Numbered from the stretch's first letter, positions 37,646 through 46,863 are shown. The stretch: DNA of 64,000 nt from Candidatus Limnocylindria bacterium (GCA_036570125.1 DATCPK010000112.1:398-64397), one strand, 5' to 3'. Notes: generated from the sequence alone by a model not told the origin. A program made the numbers and translations.

Positions 37646-38757
37646 CGACCGAGCGAACGCACGATCCGACCGCACCAGGCGTTGAACCCGTCGATCGCTT
37701 TGCGGCAGAACGGCACCCAGCGGGCGAGATACAGACAGACCGCAGCGAGCGATGCGACGAGCAGAAAGCGCCGCCACAACCGGGTCTCCTGATCCCAGAG
37801 GATCGGCGCGACGAGGCGCGTGAACGGATCGCGGCGGTCTGGCGGAACCTCGTGCCTCCGAACGGTCTCCGCGACGAGATCGGCGATCTGATGGTTGACC
37901 AGGCTGCCTCCGTGTCCGTCGACGAGCTCGCGCAGGCTGGCCGGGAGGAAGATCCGCTGCGGGACCCCAGGATCGCGAGCGTCGAACTGGTTGACCAGTC
38001 CATCCGTCGCAAGGCTCACGTCGACCCTGGCGACGCCGGCCGGCGCGGGGATGGGCCGCGCCGCGGCGATGTCACGGATCGCGTCGCTCACCGGATCGCG
38101 CGCGGCCACGACCCCGACCGTTCGGACGATGTTCTCGACGGGTCCGATGATCGGAAGCAGGAACGCCGGTGCGCGGGCGTAATCAGCGCCGCTGTGTGGG
38201 CCGGCGATGGCGACGAACGTCCGCACTCCGTCGCCAGCGGAGAGGCCGCTCGCGAACGCTCGGTCCGTGACAACGCCGCCCATCGAATGGGAGACGATGT
38301 TCACCGCCGAGTAGTCGCCGCCAATGCTCCGTATCTCGTTCGTCAGGATCTGGGCGTTCGCATCGACGCTCCCATAGGTGTCGTACGGAAAGCGTGGATC
38401 GTCGCCGAGTCTTCGCACCACGTACTGGTCGGCCGGGAAGCGCGCAGCGAGATCGTCGAAGGCGCCGTCGTTCGGCCGCGAGCCGTAGCCGCCCACGAAA
38501 AGGACGAGCTCCTTCTTGTGCGCCGGCGCGCCCAAGATCTCGGTCTGCGGAACGATCTCGGACGTCGTCGTCGGAACAGGCGCGGTTTGGATCTGCGTCG
38601 GACGCAGCTCGGTGAGAGGGACGGAGCTGGAGGTCGGAGGATGACCGGCGCCGCTCGGCACCGGCGGCCGGCCATCGTCCGCGCTCGCTGTGATTGCCCC
38701 AGCCGAAAGGAGGGCCAACGCGATGAGGGACCCGCGAGCGATCACGCGACGGAACAC
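37642..38757 (-). CDS. secreted, C-terminally anchored alpha/beta hydrolase (class-2 lipase-like)
   Basis: 371 aa, GTG start. Signal peptide MFRRVIARGSLIALALLSAGAITASA, Pro/Thr-rich linker, nucleophile elbow NIVSHSMGG (compare Bacillus LipA AHSMG), C-terminal hydrophobic helix LLVASLAAVCLYLARWV. Confidence 0.7.
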   Translation of the reverse strand: MFRRVIARGSLIALALLSAGAITASADDGRPPVPSGAGHPPTSSSVPLTELRPTQIQTAPVPTTTSEIVPQTEILGAPAHKKELVLFVGGYGSRPNDGAFDDLAARFPADQYVVRRLGDDPRFPYDTYGSVDANAQILTNEIRSIGGDYSAVNIVSHSMGGVVTDRAFASGLSAGDGVRTFVAIAGPHSGADYARAPAFLLPIIGPVENIVRTVGVVAARDPVSDAIRDIAAARPIPAPAGVARVDVSLATDGLVNQFDARDPGVPQRIFLPASLRELVDGHGGSLVNHQIADLVAETVRRHEVPPDRRDPFTRLVAPILWDQETRLWRRFLLVASLAAVCLYLARWVPFCRKAIDGFNAWCGRIVRSLGR

Positions 38758-38824
38758 GCCGCGGAGTCAACAGAAGATCGCGCTCAGGTCGGATAGGACG
38801 AGCGGCCGGTACCGCAGTACCGAT

Positions 38825-39550
38825 CTACGTCCTGGTGCGAGCCACCTCGCTGGCCTGGACCCGCGCGGCCGCCTCGTCGGCGTCGTCGAGCGGATCGAGC
38901 TTGGTGTCCTTATGTCGCCGATCGAGCGCCCATACGAGGAGCCGATCCGCAAGCCACGGATTCTTCGGGAGACATGAGCCGTGCAAATAGCAGCCGATCA
39001 CTTTTCCCTGCACCGCTCCCTCGGTCTTGTCCTCGCCGTTGTTCCCGTTTCCCGCGATCACGGTGCCGAGCGGCTTCGCGCCCGATCCGAGATACGTCCG
39101 ACCGGAATGATTCTCGAAACCGATGAGCTGTCCGTCCGGCGAGTCCACCAGCAAATTGCCCACGAAGCGCCGTTTGCCGGCGCGAGTCCTGACATCGAGG
39201 ATGCCGACGCCCGGGATCGATGGCCCGGTCTCCGGGATGTACTCATGACCAAGAAGCTGGTAGCCCCCGCACACCGACAGGATCGCTGCGCCGCCTTCGA
39301 CAGACCTGCGCAGCGCCTCGCCATTCTTTCCGGCGAGGTCGGCACCGACGATGTCTTGGCCTTGGTCCTGGCCTCCTCCGAAAAACCAGACGTCCGGCCA
39401 TTCCGGGTCGGCCCACTCGCCGATCGAGTAGGGCCGCACCTCGACGTCGATCCCGCGCCACTTCGCGCGTTGCCCCAGGGCGATCACGTTGCCGCGGTCG
39501 CCGTAGATGTTCATGAGATCCGGGTAGAGGTGGGCGATGTGGAGATCCAT
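38825..39550 (-). CDS. gatD: lipid II isoglutaminyl synthase, glutaminase subunit GatD
   Basis: Start at ATG 39550 (MDLHIAHLYPDLMNIYGDRGN). Catalytic SVCGGYQLLG and CYLHG. Directly follows murT. Confidence 0.9.
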   Translation of the reverse strand: MDLHIAHLYPDLMNIYGDRGNVIALGQRAKWRGIDVEVRPYSIGEWADPEWPDVWFFGGGQDQGQDIVGADLAGKNGEALRRSVEGGAAILSVCGGYQLLGHEYIPETGPSIPGVGILDVRTRAGKRRFVGNLLVDSPDGQLIGFENHSGRTYLGSGAKPLGTVIAGNGNNGEDKTEGAVQGKVIGCYLHGSCLPKNPWLADRLLVWALDRRHKDTKLDPLDDADEAAARVQASEVARTRT

Positions 39551-39554
39551 CAGC

Positions 39555-40946
39555 TCAATCGTCCCAGAACGGCACGGCCGCGCCGGCCCGCGCGAGCACG
39601 GCGCGCAGCGCCTGCATCGCCGTATAGGTGGCCAGGACCACGACTTCGCCGCCCTCCGGCGCGAGCGTCGTCGCGCGCTCGATCGCGGCCGTCCACTCGT
39701 CGACCACTTCCATCCGCTCCTTCGCAAGCCCGGCATATTTGAAGCGCAGGGCCAGATCGCGCCCGCGCAGCCCCGTGATGACGGCGTGTTCGACGGATGG
39801 GGTCAGCGCCTCGAAGTCGGCGTCCCAGATCCACGAGACGTCGCGGCCGTCCGCGTCGCGATCGCTGAGCGCGGCCAGAAGACGCGGGCTACGCCCGGTC
39901 TCAAGGAGTGCGCCGATGGCCGCGTTGAAGCCGGCCGGGTTCTTCACCAGGATGAGCCGAAGCGTCCGGCCCTTGTGCGTGATCGTCTCGAGACGACCGA
40001 ACGCGGGCCGGAAATTCGCGAGCGCGCGGATCGCCTCGGCAAGCCCGAGATCGAGAGCGCGCGCGGCTCCGAGCGCCGCGAGCGCGTTGTACGCGTTGTA
40101 GAGGCCCGGGATCGGAATGCGCACGGACTCGAAAATGCTTCCGACCGTCCCCGCGAGCGCGAACTCGCTCCCATCCGCGCCGAGCTGGATCTTCGTCGCC
40201 GACACATCGCGTGGCGGACGAGTGAGACCGCACGACGGGCACGACCACTCCCCGACATGGGCGAGGACGACCCGCGTGTACTTGAGCGGCGCCTTGCAGC
40301 GCGGACAACGCGTCGCATCGCTGATCGCCTGGGGAACGACGCCTCCGACGTTCGGATCGTCCACGCCGAAAAAGACCGTCTTCGCGTCGCGGCGCACCGC
40401 GAGGTTCGCGACGAGCGGATCGTCGGCGTTCAGCACGAGCGTGGTGGTCGCCGGAAGCGCGGCGAGCGCGTCGCCGATCTTCTTTGCGAGAGTGTCGAGC
40501 TCGAAGTAGCGATCCATCTGATCGCGAAAGAGGTTCGTGATGACGACCACGCGCGGCTGCAGTCGTCCGACCGCGTTGGGAAGCGTTGCCTCGTCGATCT
40601 CGAAGAGACCGAAGTTCCCGCGCGGCTCCCCCGACCAGGACGTGTGTTCGAGGAGCGTTGCGGCGACACCCCGATCGAGGTTCGAGCCGGATCGGTTGTG
40701 GATCGGATTCCACCCCGCGGTGCGCGAGATGTCCGCGAGCATCCGCGCGGTCGTGGTCTTCCCGTTCGTGCCGGAAACGCACGCGACGCCGTACTCGAGC
40801 TCCGCGGCGAGAGCGCCGATGAAGTTGGGATCCACGGTGAGCGCGACGAGGCCCGGGAGTGCGGTCGCGCCGCGACCGGTCGCGCGGAGACCTTCTCGGG
40901 TGAGCTTGCCGGCGGCGTTGGCGAGGAGCGCGAGCGCGTCAGGCAC
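39555..40946 (-). CDS. murT: lipid II isoglutaminyl synthase, Mur-ligase-type subunit MurT
   Basis: 463 aa. P-loop SGTNGKTTT, 4-Cys ribbon CPRCKAPLKY...WSCPSCG, C-terminal DUF1727-like region. Confidence 0.9.
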   Translation of the reverse strand: MPDALALLANAAGKLTREGLRATGRGATALPGLVALTVDPNFIGALAAELEYGVACVSGTNGKTTTARMLADISRTAGWNPIHNRSGSNLDRGVAATLLEHTSWSGEPRGNFGLFEIDEATLPNAVGRLQPRVVVITNLFRDQMDRYFELDTLAKKIGDALAALPATTTLVLNADDPLVANLAVRRDAKTVFFGVDDPNVGGVVPQAISDATRCPRCKAPLKYTRVVLAHVGEWSCPSCGLTRPPRDVSATKIQLGADGSEFALAGTVGSIFESVRIPIPGLYNAYNALAALGAARALDLGLAEAIRALANFRPAFGRLETITHKGRTLRLILVKNPAGFNAAIGALLETGRSPRLLAALSDRDADGRDVSWIWDADFEALTPSVEHAVITGLRGRDLALRFKYAGLAKERMEVVDEWTAAIERATTLAPEGGEVVVLATYTAMQALRAVLARAGAAVPFWDD

Positions 40947-40966
40947 GAACGAAGCGTACCGGCGAG

Positions 40967-41611
40967 CTATGCGACGACGGGCTGTACCTCGCGTAGGAGT
41001 AGCTCGAGCTCGTCGATCGCCCGGCCGAGCCTGAGTGCGACGGCCTTCGCGGAATCCCCGTTGGCGTGGGAATTCTCGAGGGCGCCCTGCGCGTCAAGGC
41101 GGGCGAGCACCGCGACGGCCTTGCGCAGACGCGAGATCGTGAGAGAGGCGGGAAGGGAGCGCCGGAGCTCGTTGATCCGCGATTCGAGCCGCTCGAGACG
41201 AGCGCGGAGCTCGTCTTCAAGGGCATCCGGGGCCATCTCCTCGAGCCGCTTGGCCTCGGCCTGCAGGGTCCCGATCTCGCGCTGCACGAGCTGCGCGGCC
41301 TTCTCGAGGGAGTGCCCCTTCTCGAGCGCTTGCCGGATGCGAATGACCTTCTCCATCGCGAAGACGTCGTAGTCGTGGTCGCCATCGGTCGACGGCTTCA
41401 CGAGACCTTTCTTCGTCCAATAGATCAGCTGGCGCGGTGTGACATTGCAAACGCGCGCGGCCTCCGCCGCGGAAAGACGCAGACGTGCGAGGACCTCGCC
41501 ATCGTTGGCGATCAAGACCTGCGTGAGCGCGTCGTGCGTTTGAGCCTCCGCCACCGGGTTGTTGCTCCCCTGACGTATTCCGATGGCGAGTGTTGTTGGC
41601 GCACAAATCAC
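40967..41611 (-). CDS. MerR-family transcriptional regulator with C-terminal coiled coil
   Basis: HTH LSAAEAARVCNVTPRQLIYWTKKGLV, followed by a long heptad-like Leu/Glu/Arg-rich tail. N-terminal boundary uncertain. Confidence 0.7.
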   Translation of the reverse strand: MICAPTTLAIGIRQGSNNPVAEAQTHDALTQVLIANDGEVLARLRLSAAEAARVCNVTPRQLIYWTKKGLVKPSTDGDHDYDVFAMEKVIRIRQALEKGHSLEKAAQLVQREIGTLQAEAKRLEEMAPDALEDELRARLERLESRINELRRSLPASLTISRLRKAVAVLARLDAQGALENSHANGDSAKAVALRLGRAIDELELLLREVQPVVA

Positions 41612-41647
41612 GTGTCAATGAGATGGACAGATATCGAGACTTGGCTG

Positions 41648-41905
41648 TTAGCGGGAAGGTCGGACGGGCGAGCGCTGGACCTCCCGGTACGCCACCTTGA
41701 CCGCGGCGTGATACCTGGAGAGCTTTTGACCCTCTAGCTCGGCCCAAAGACGGCCGACTTCGACGCCGACCGGGGTCTTCACTTTCGCCGCCTTTACCGC
41801 CGCGAGAACCGCGGCGTCCCAACTCTTGGTGGAGCTTCCCGTCGCTTCGACGAGGCGTACGACGATGGGTCCGACGACGCTCTTCCTAGGACGACGAGCG
41901 GGCAT
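41648..41905 (-). CDS. dodecin-family protein
   Basis: IVVRLVEATGSSTKSWDAAVLAAVKAA...VEVGRLWAELEGQKLSRYHAAVKVAY matches the dodecin pattern. Start set at ATG 41905; the upstream track ORF is Arg/Ser noise. Confidence 0.6.
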   Translation of the reverse strand: MPARRPRKSVVGPIVVRLVEATGSSTKSWDAAVLAAVKAAKVKTPVGVEVGRLWAELEGQKLSRYHAAVKVAYREVQRSPVRPSR

Positions 41906-42134
41906 TCGTACCGCGCGCGCCGGTCCGCCGCGCGCGACCTTCGGCGCCATCCCTCGCCGCGGTGCGCGGTTCGATCGGCGGCAAGGCCGCGAGCTCGAGG
42001 ATCTGGTTGACGATGACCGCGAGCTTCTCGCTGAGCATCTGACGCGTCTCCGCGCCCGAGCGCGGAGCGAAGAGGGTGCCCACGACAAAACCGACGACGA
42101 AGAAACGAAGCGATGTGCGAAGCAGCGCGAACAT
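41886..42134 (-). CDS. YtxH domain-containing small membrane protein
   Basis: 82 aa. FFVVGFVVGTLFAPRSGAETRQML (YtxH signature). ATG 42134 overlaps the stop of the upstream activator gene by 1 nt (TGATG). Confidence 0.65.
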   Translation of the reverse strand: MFALLRTSLRFFVVGFVVGTLFAPRSGAETRQMLSEKLAVIVNQILELAALPPIEPRTAARDGAEGRARRTGARGTNARSSS

Positions 42135-43534
42135 CAGGCCGCCCTGCCCTTCGGAGGGTATCCCTCGAGGCCGTATTCCTTGATCTTCGCGTAGAGCAGC
42201 CTGCGGTAAATACCCAGCATTTCCGCGGCTTTTGAGCGATTGCCGTTGGCGTCGCGGAGCGCCTTCATGATGAGGTCCTTCTCGAACTGGGCAACCGATT
42301 TCTTGAAGAAGGACTTCTCCACCGAGACCTCGTCGCCGCCCTCTTCCTCGTGTCCGTCGGCCTCGTGATCGCCGAATGGCAGCTCGCGGCTCGTGATGAT
42401 CTGACCGCGAGAGAGGACGACCGCGCGCTCGACGACGTTCTCCAGTTCGCGGACATTTCCGGGCCATTCGTATTCCATGAGACGTTTGAGCGCCTCCTCG
42501 CTGATCGCGGCCGGCTGCGCCGTCGCGCTGTAGCGATGTTTGGCCAGGAAGTGCTCGACGAGCGCCGGGATGTCCTCCTTGCGATCGCGGAGCGGCGGCA
42601 TATGGATGTTGATGACGTTGAGACGGTAGAAAAGATCGTCGCGGAACTTCAGCTGCTCGACCTGCCTTTGGAGGTCTTTGTTGGTCGCGCAGATGATGCG
42701 GATGTCGACCTTTATCGGGAGCGACGAGCCGACGCGCTCGATCTTCCGCTCCTGGAGCACACGAAGCAGCTTTGTCTGCATCGGAAGGCTCATCTCGCCG
42801 ATTTCGTCGAGGAAGATCGTGCCTTTGTCGGCCATCTCGAAGCGGCCGCGGCGCTGCGTCATGGCGCCGGTGAACGAGCCCTTTTCGTGGCCGAAGAGCT
42901 CTGCCTCGAGAAGGGTCTCGGGAAGCGCCGCGCAGGAGACCTTCACGATCGGCCCGGAGCGGCGGTTGGAGTTGTAGTGAAGAGCCTCCGCTACGAGCTC
43001 CTTGCCGGTGCCTGATTCGCCGGTGATGAGGACCGTCGCGTCCGCCTTCGCGACCTTTCCGACCGTCTTGTAAACCTCTTGCATCGCGGGCGAGTTGCCG
43101 ACGATCCGCTCGGTCTGAACGAGCGAGCTGATCTCGTCGCGGAGTACCTGGACCTCGCTCGTGAGATCGCGGTACTCGATGACCCGCTTGACCGTGTGAC
43201 TGATCTTGTCGAGCTCGAAAGGCTTGGTGATGTAGTCGAACGCGCCGAGCTCCATCGCGCGGATGGCGTTATTGGACGAACCGAACGCGGTCATGATGAG
43301 AACGCTGGTCTTCGGGGAGCTCACCTTGAGCTTGGAGAGCGCCTCGATGCCGTCGAGCTCCGGCATCCGGACATCCATGATCACAAGGTCCGGATTGGTG
43401 TCCTTGACCTTCTCGACGACCTCGGTGCCGGTCGTCGCCTCGACGACGCTGTACCCCTCATCGGACAGCAGTTGCTTGAGAAGCGAGCGAATTGAGGCAT
43501 CGTCATCCGCGACGAGAATCGTTCTTTGCGCCAC
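42134..43534 (-). CDS. sigma-54-dependent response regulator (NtrC family bEBP)
   Basis: 466 aa. REC ([23 protein letters not shown]), AAA+ (GESGTGKE, sigma-54 contact loop [18 protein letters not shown]), C-terminal Fis-type HTH. Confidence 0.92.
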   Translation of the reverse strand: MAQRTILVADDDASIRSLLKQLLSDEGYSVVEATTGTEVVEKVKDTNPDLVIMDVRMPELDGIEALSKLKVSSPKTSVLIMTAFGSSNNAIRAMELGAFDYITKPFELDKISHTVKRVIEYRDLTSEVQVLRDEISSLVQTERIVGNSPAMQEVYKTVGKVAKADATVLITGESGTGKELVAEALHYNSNRRSGPIVKVSCAALPETLLEAELFGHEKGSFTGAMTQRRGRFEMADKGTIFLDEIGEMSLPMQTKLLRVLQERKIERVGSSLPIKVDIRIICATNKDLQRQVEQLKFRDDLFYRLNVINIHMPPLRDRKEDIPALVEHFLAKHRYSATAQPAAISEEALKRLMEYEWPGNVRELENVVERAVVLSRGQIITSRELPFGDHEADGHEEEGGDEVSVEKSFFKKSVAQFEKDLIMKALRDANGNRSKAAEMLGIYRRLLYAKIKEYGLEGYPPKGRAA

Positions 43535-43670
43535 TTTCCGTACGCTTCCTTCCTACGAGAGCTAAAGATTGGCTCCTGGATGACCTTCCTCGTGCGGCCA
43601 GACCATTTTGTGTGCCGATGACCGTACATGTCAAACCGGAAGGCCATCAGGGCACTCGTACGGTCGGCGC

Positions 43671-44900
43671 TCAGGCCACCTGGCGAACTATCGGAATGAA
43701 GGCCCCAACAACCGCGCATGCGAGCGTGACGGCCCCAGCGAGCGCGATTAGAACCGGGACGCTAACCAGGTCAGCCAAGGCGCCACTCGCGACTATCACT
43801 GGGAGCCAGCTCAGATTTAGCAGAGCGATTCGTGCCCCGAACACGCGCGCTCGAAGATCCGGCGGTGTCAGTTCCTGCGAGATCGTGACATTGGACACGT
43901 AGAAGAGGACGTTCACCACGCCACCAAGGGCGAAGAGGACAACGGCGACTTCGAACGTGGGCGCGACCGCAAGGGCGATTAACACCACTCCGTAGGTCGC
44001 AAAACCCATAAGAAGAAGGCGACCCTTAGGTATGCGAGCGAGCGCTGGAGCGATTAGAAGACCACTCGCGACCGCGCCGGCCGCGATCGCACCCTCCGCG
44101 ATTCCGAACTCGGATGCCGCCAGCTCCGCATTTCCGGCGGCGAAACGTTGAAAGATGAGCGATGGAGCGAGGCTAGCGACCACTGGTAGCGACAGTTGGC
44201 AAGCCAACGAAAACAGCGTGTTCGCCCGGAGAACGGTGTGACGCCACAAGAATCGCAGGCCTCCAAGGGCCTCATGCCCCATGGCACGAAAAGCAAGACG
44301 TCGCCGATCTTCGTTGGCCTCGACACGCAAGAGAAGCGCAGCCGAGATCAGAAACGTCAAGGCGTCGACGTAGAAGGCGCGTTCTCCCATTGACGCCACC
44401 AGGATTCCGGCAGCCAGGGCGCCGAGCACCTCGACCGCCCGATCACTGGAGTAGGTGAGCGCGTTCGCGCTCGGGAGCTCGTGCGCAGTGACCACTCGCG
44501 GAAGGAGAGCCAGCCGAGCGGGATTGAAGATTGCACCACACGCCGCAGCCGCGAACACCAATGCGTACGGAGCGATCAAGGGGAAACCCAGAACCAAGGT
44601 GATAGGAACAGTGCCGACCAGGGCGAACCGTGCTAAATCGCAGATGATCATCGACCGTCGGTGGCCGACCGCATCAGCGAGGACGCCTCCGAATACGCCG
44701 AAGAGAGCGTTCGGAATCGTCGCCATGACGACCGCAAGCGCAGTAATGAGTGCGGAGTGGGTCCGGACGTAGCTGACATAGGTGAGACCAATAAGGGTGA
44801 TCGGGTCACCGAACTTGCTGGCAACCTGCGCTAGCCAGAGAGCACCGAAGTTCGGCGATCGAATCAGCTCGAGGGCAGAGACCCGTGTCCCTGTGCTCAT
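43671..44900 (-). CDS. MFS transporter
   Basis: 409 aa, about 12 TM. Same MFS_3-like N-terminal pattern as 3359-4591 (FGALWLAQVASKFGDPITLIGL). ATGA overlap with the upstream gene. Confidence 0.75.
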   Translation of the reverse strand: MSTGTRVSALELIRSPNFGALWLAQVASKFGDPITLIGLTYVSYVRTHSALITALAVVMATIPNALFGVFGGVLADAVGHRRSMIICDLARFALVGTVPITLVLGFPLIAPYALVFAAAACGAIFNPARLALLPRVVTAHELPSANALTYSSDRAVEVLGALAAGILVASMGERAFYVDALTFLISAALLLRVEANEDRRRLAFRAMGHEALGGLRFLWRHTVLRANTLFSLACQLSLPVVASLAPSLIFQRFAAGNAELAASEFGIAEGAIAAGAVASGLLIAPALARIPKGRLLLMGFATYGVVLIALAVAPTFEVAVVLFALGGVVNVLFYVSNVTISQELTPPDLRARVFGARIALLNLSWLPVIVASGALADLVSVPVLIALAGAVTLACAVVGAFIPIVRQVA

Positions 44901-45391
44901 CGTTGCTTCAGGACGCGGAATGCCATCCAGAAACCGCCGATCGCAAGTAGAACGTCTCCAACGCTGTAGATGTTGTTCACGACAGGAGCCAGCAGAACGT
45001 CGGCCAGGAACGGGAGCCGGGTGTCAGGTCCGAGAAGTACATGCAAGCCATCCGAAGGCGCCGGCTTGCCCGCCGCGACCAGCGCAATGGGATCTACCGG
45101 CATGCCCGCGTTAGCGAATGTGACAATCGCGTTGAGCAGGGAGCCGAGCCCAATGAGCCACGCACCCGCCAGACCTCGATTAACGAACGCCACGAGGGCG
45201 ACGAGCGTCAGACCAGCGAGCGACGTAGCGAGAGCCAATCCACCGACGAAAGGGGCTGCAACTCTTGCGGTGACGCCAGCAAGGAGCCCTGGCCAAAGTT
45301 TGAGGTCGAAGTTCTGAAAGTTGCGCCAGTTCCCGCCCGTCGCTAAACCGAGGACGAAGCCTGCTACGAGCCCACTAACCAGCATGGGCAT
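44897..45391 (-). CDS. DUF5317-like membrane protein
   Basis: Small polytopic protein immediately downstream of, and overlapping, an HD-GYP gene (the usual DUF5317 context). C-terminal YSVGDVLLAIGGFWMAF. Start at ATG 45391 or 45385. Confidence 0.55.
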   Translation of the reverse strand: MPMLVSGLVAGFVLGLATGGNWRNFQNFDLKLWPGLLAGVTARVAAPFVGGLALATSLAGLTLVALVAFVNRGLAGAWLIGLGSLLNAIVTFANAGMPVDPIALVAAGKPAPSDGLHVLLGPDTRLPFLADVLLAPVVNNIYSVGDVLLAIGGFWMAFRVLKQR

Positions 45392-46736
45392 CGCGAGCCA
45401 TGGGCTCGCGCGCCAGTCGTTTGCGCAGCTCGGCAAGCGTCTCGTAGTTGATGGGAGGCAGCGCGCTTAACTCGAAAGCTCCGGCGCCTCGCTTCTCGAT
45501 GAGGGTGTCGAGCGCCCGCACAACCTGTGGATCGAACTGAATTCCCTTGTAGCGATTCAGTTGCTCCATCGCCCGTTCGTGACCGATCGCTTTCCGATAT
45601 ATGCGGTCGGAAGTCATTGCCTCATAAGCATCGGCGACGATGATGATGCGAGACCCCAAGGGAATGTCCTCGCCCTTTCTTCCTTCCGGATAGCCACTGC
45701 CGTCAAAGTTTTCGTGGTGGTGCAAGACCAGGGGTACCAGCGGCCGGAGCGATTCGGACGGTTCGAGAATTGATGCACCGTAAATCGGATGGCGCCGCAT
45801 CAATTCCTGCTCGTGCGGATCGAGGCGTGCAGGCTTCATCAATATTTGGTCCTCAACGCCGATCTTGCCGATGTCGTGGAGCATTCCGGCGAGCTCGATT
45901 TCTTCGATGAGTCGCTCGGACAACCCCATTTCCCGCGCGATGGCCCCGGCGATTCGAGATACACGGTCCGCGTGACCACGAGTAAATCCATCCTTGGCGT
46001 CGATCGCTTGCGAGAGGGCGCTCACTGTGCCGAGGAACATTGCCCGGGTCTCGGCATATTTCGTGAATGAGTAGCGCGCCAGCAGCAGAGGAACCATGAA
46101 GAGGACGGTTGCCCAAAGTCCCACTTTGATAGCCACCTCTGCCATGAGCCAACCCAAGAAGACCAGCGCGATCGTTCCAAAGAGAGTGTTGCTTACGCTC
46201 AAGGCCCAAATTCGGGCCATGGGCGATTTCGTTCGCAGACTGGCGGCCGTCACCGCGAGGAACATGTTTGTGACGCTGAATGCGAATCCGACAAAGACGA
46301 TTAGGGCGACGGTACTGAAAGGTTCGCCTGTCTGAAGTAACGGTTGGACGAGATTGAAGACGACCCATCCGGCGAAAGCTGCCAAGACATAAGCGAACCG
46401 GTTGTACAGCGTTCCGTACCAAGCGATCTGGCGGCGGAGGTCGCGAAGTTCTGTGGTCCCGATAAGGGCGATCCAGCACACTGCCAGGGGGTTGGCCAAC
46501 TGAGTGTCGAAAATCGCGGCGATGATCGGAGCGGTCGTGATTCCGGCTACGACCCCGCCGGGAAGTCGCACTGGGAACGCTGCCGTCGTGAGCGCTATGA
46601 GCGTCCAAAACACAACCCGGCTGAGATCTACGTCGGAGGGAATCGGGACAGTGGCGCGAAAGAGAACGATTACCCCTGCGCTAATGACCCCGATGACGAG
46701 AGTTCTGAGGTTCGGAGGTATTGGTTCAGGCCGCAC
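45375..46736 (-). CDS. membrane-anchored HD-GYP domain protein (putative c-di-GMP phosphodiesterase)
   Basis: 453 aa. About 7 N-terminal TM helices, then GHADRVSRIAG, LAGMLHDIGK, HHENFDGSGYP (HD...GYP signature). Confidence 0.85.
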   Translation of the reverse strand: MRPEPIPPNLRTLVIGVISAGVIVLFRATVPIPSDVDLSRVVFWTLIALTTAAFPVRLPGGVVAGITTAPIIAAIFDTQLANPLAVCWIALIGTTELRDLRRQIAWYGTLYNRFAYVLAAFAGWVVFNLVQPLLQTGEPFSTVALIVFVGFAFSVTNMFLAVTAASLRTKSPMARIWALSVSNTLFGTIALVFLGWLMAEVAIKVGLWATVLFMVPLLLARYSFTKYAETRAMFLGTVSALSQAIDAKDGFTRGHADRVSRIAGAIAREMGLSERLIEEIELAGMLHDIGKIGVEDQILMKPARLDPHEQELMRRHPIYGASILEPSESLRPLVPLVLHHHENFDGSGYPEGRKGEDIPLGSRIIIVADAYEAMTSDRIYRKAIGHERAMEQLNRYKGIQFDPQVVRALDTLIEKRGAGAFELSALPPINYETLAELRKRLAREPMARDAHAG

Positions 46737-46863
46737 GGGGTGGAGGATAAGTGAGGGAGTTAGTGAGTTAGTTCGCTAAGTCCGGTCAAATACAGCTAAG
46801 AGAGGACCAGATAGGCCCTCTCTCCGCACGCAACGTCTCGATGAAGTTCGTTCTGGCGGGCTG

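Noticed and set aside
43606-43634. TTGACA-N17/18-(A)CAAAAT as the promoter of the bEBP gene
   Set aside because: The -35 is perfect, but the -10 candidate lacks the conserved T at its first position (TAnnnT not satisfied). It is too weak to list as a feature.
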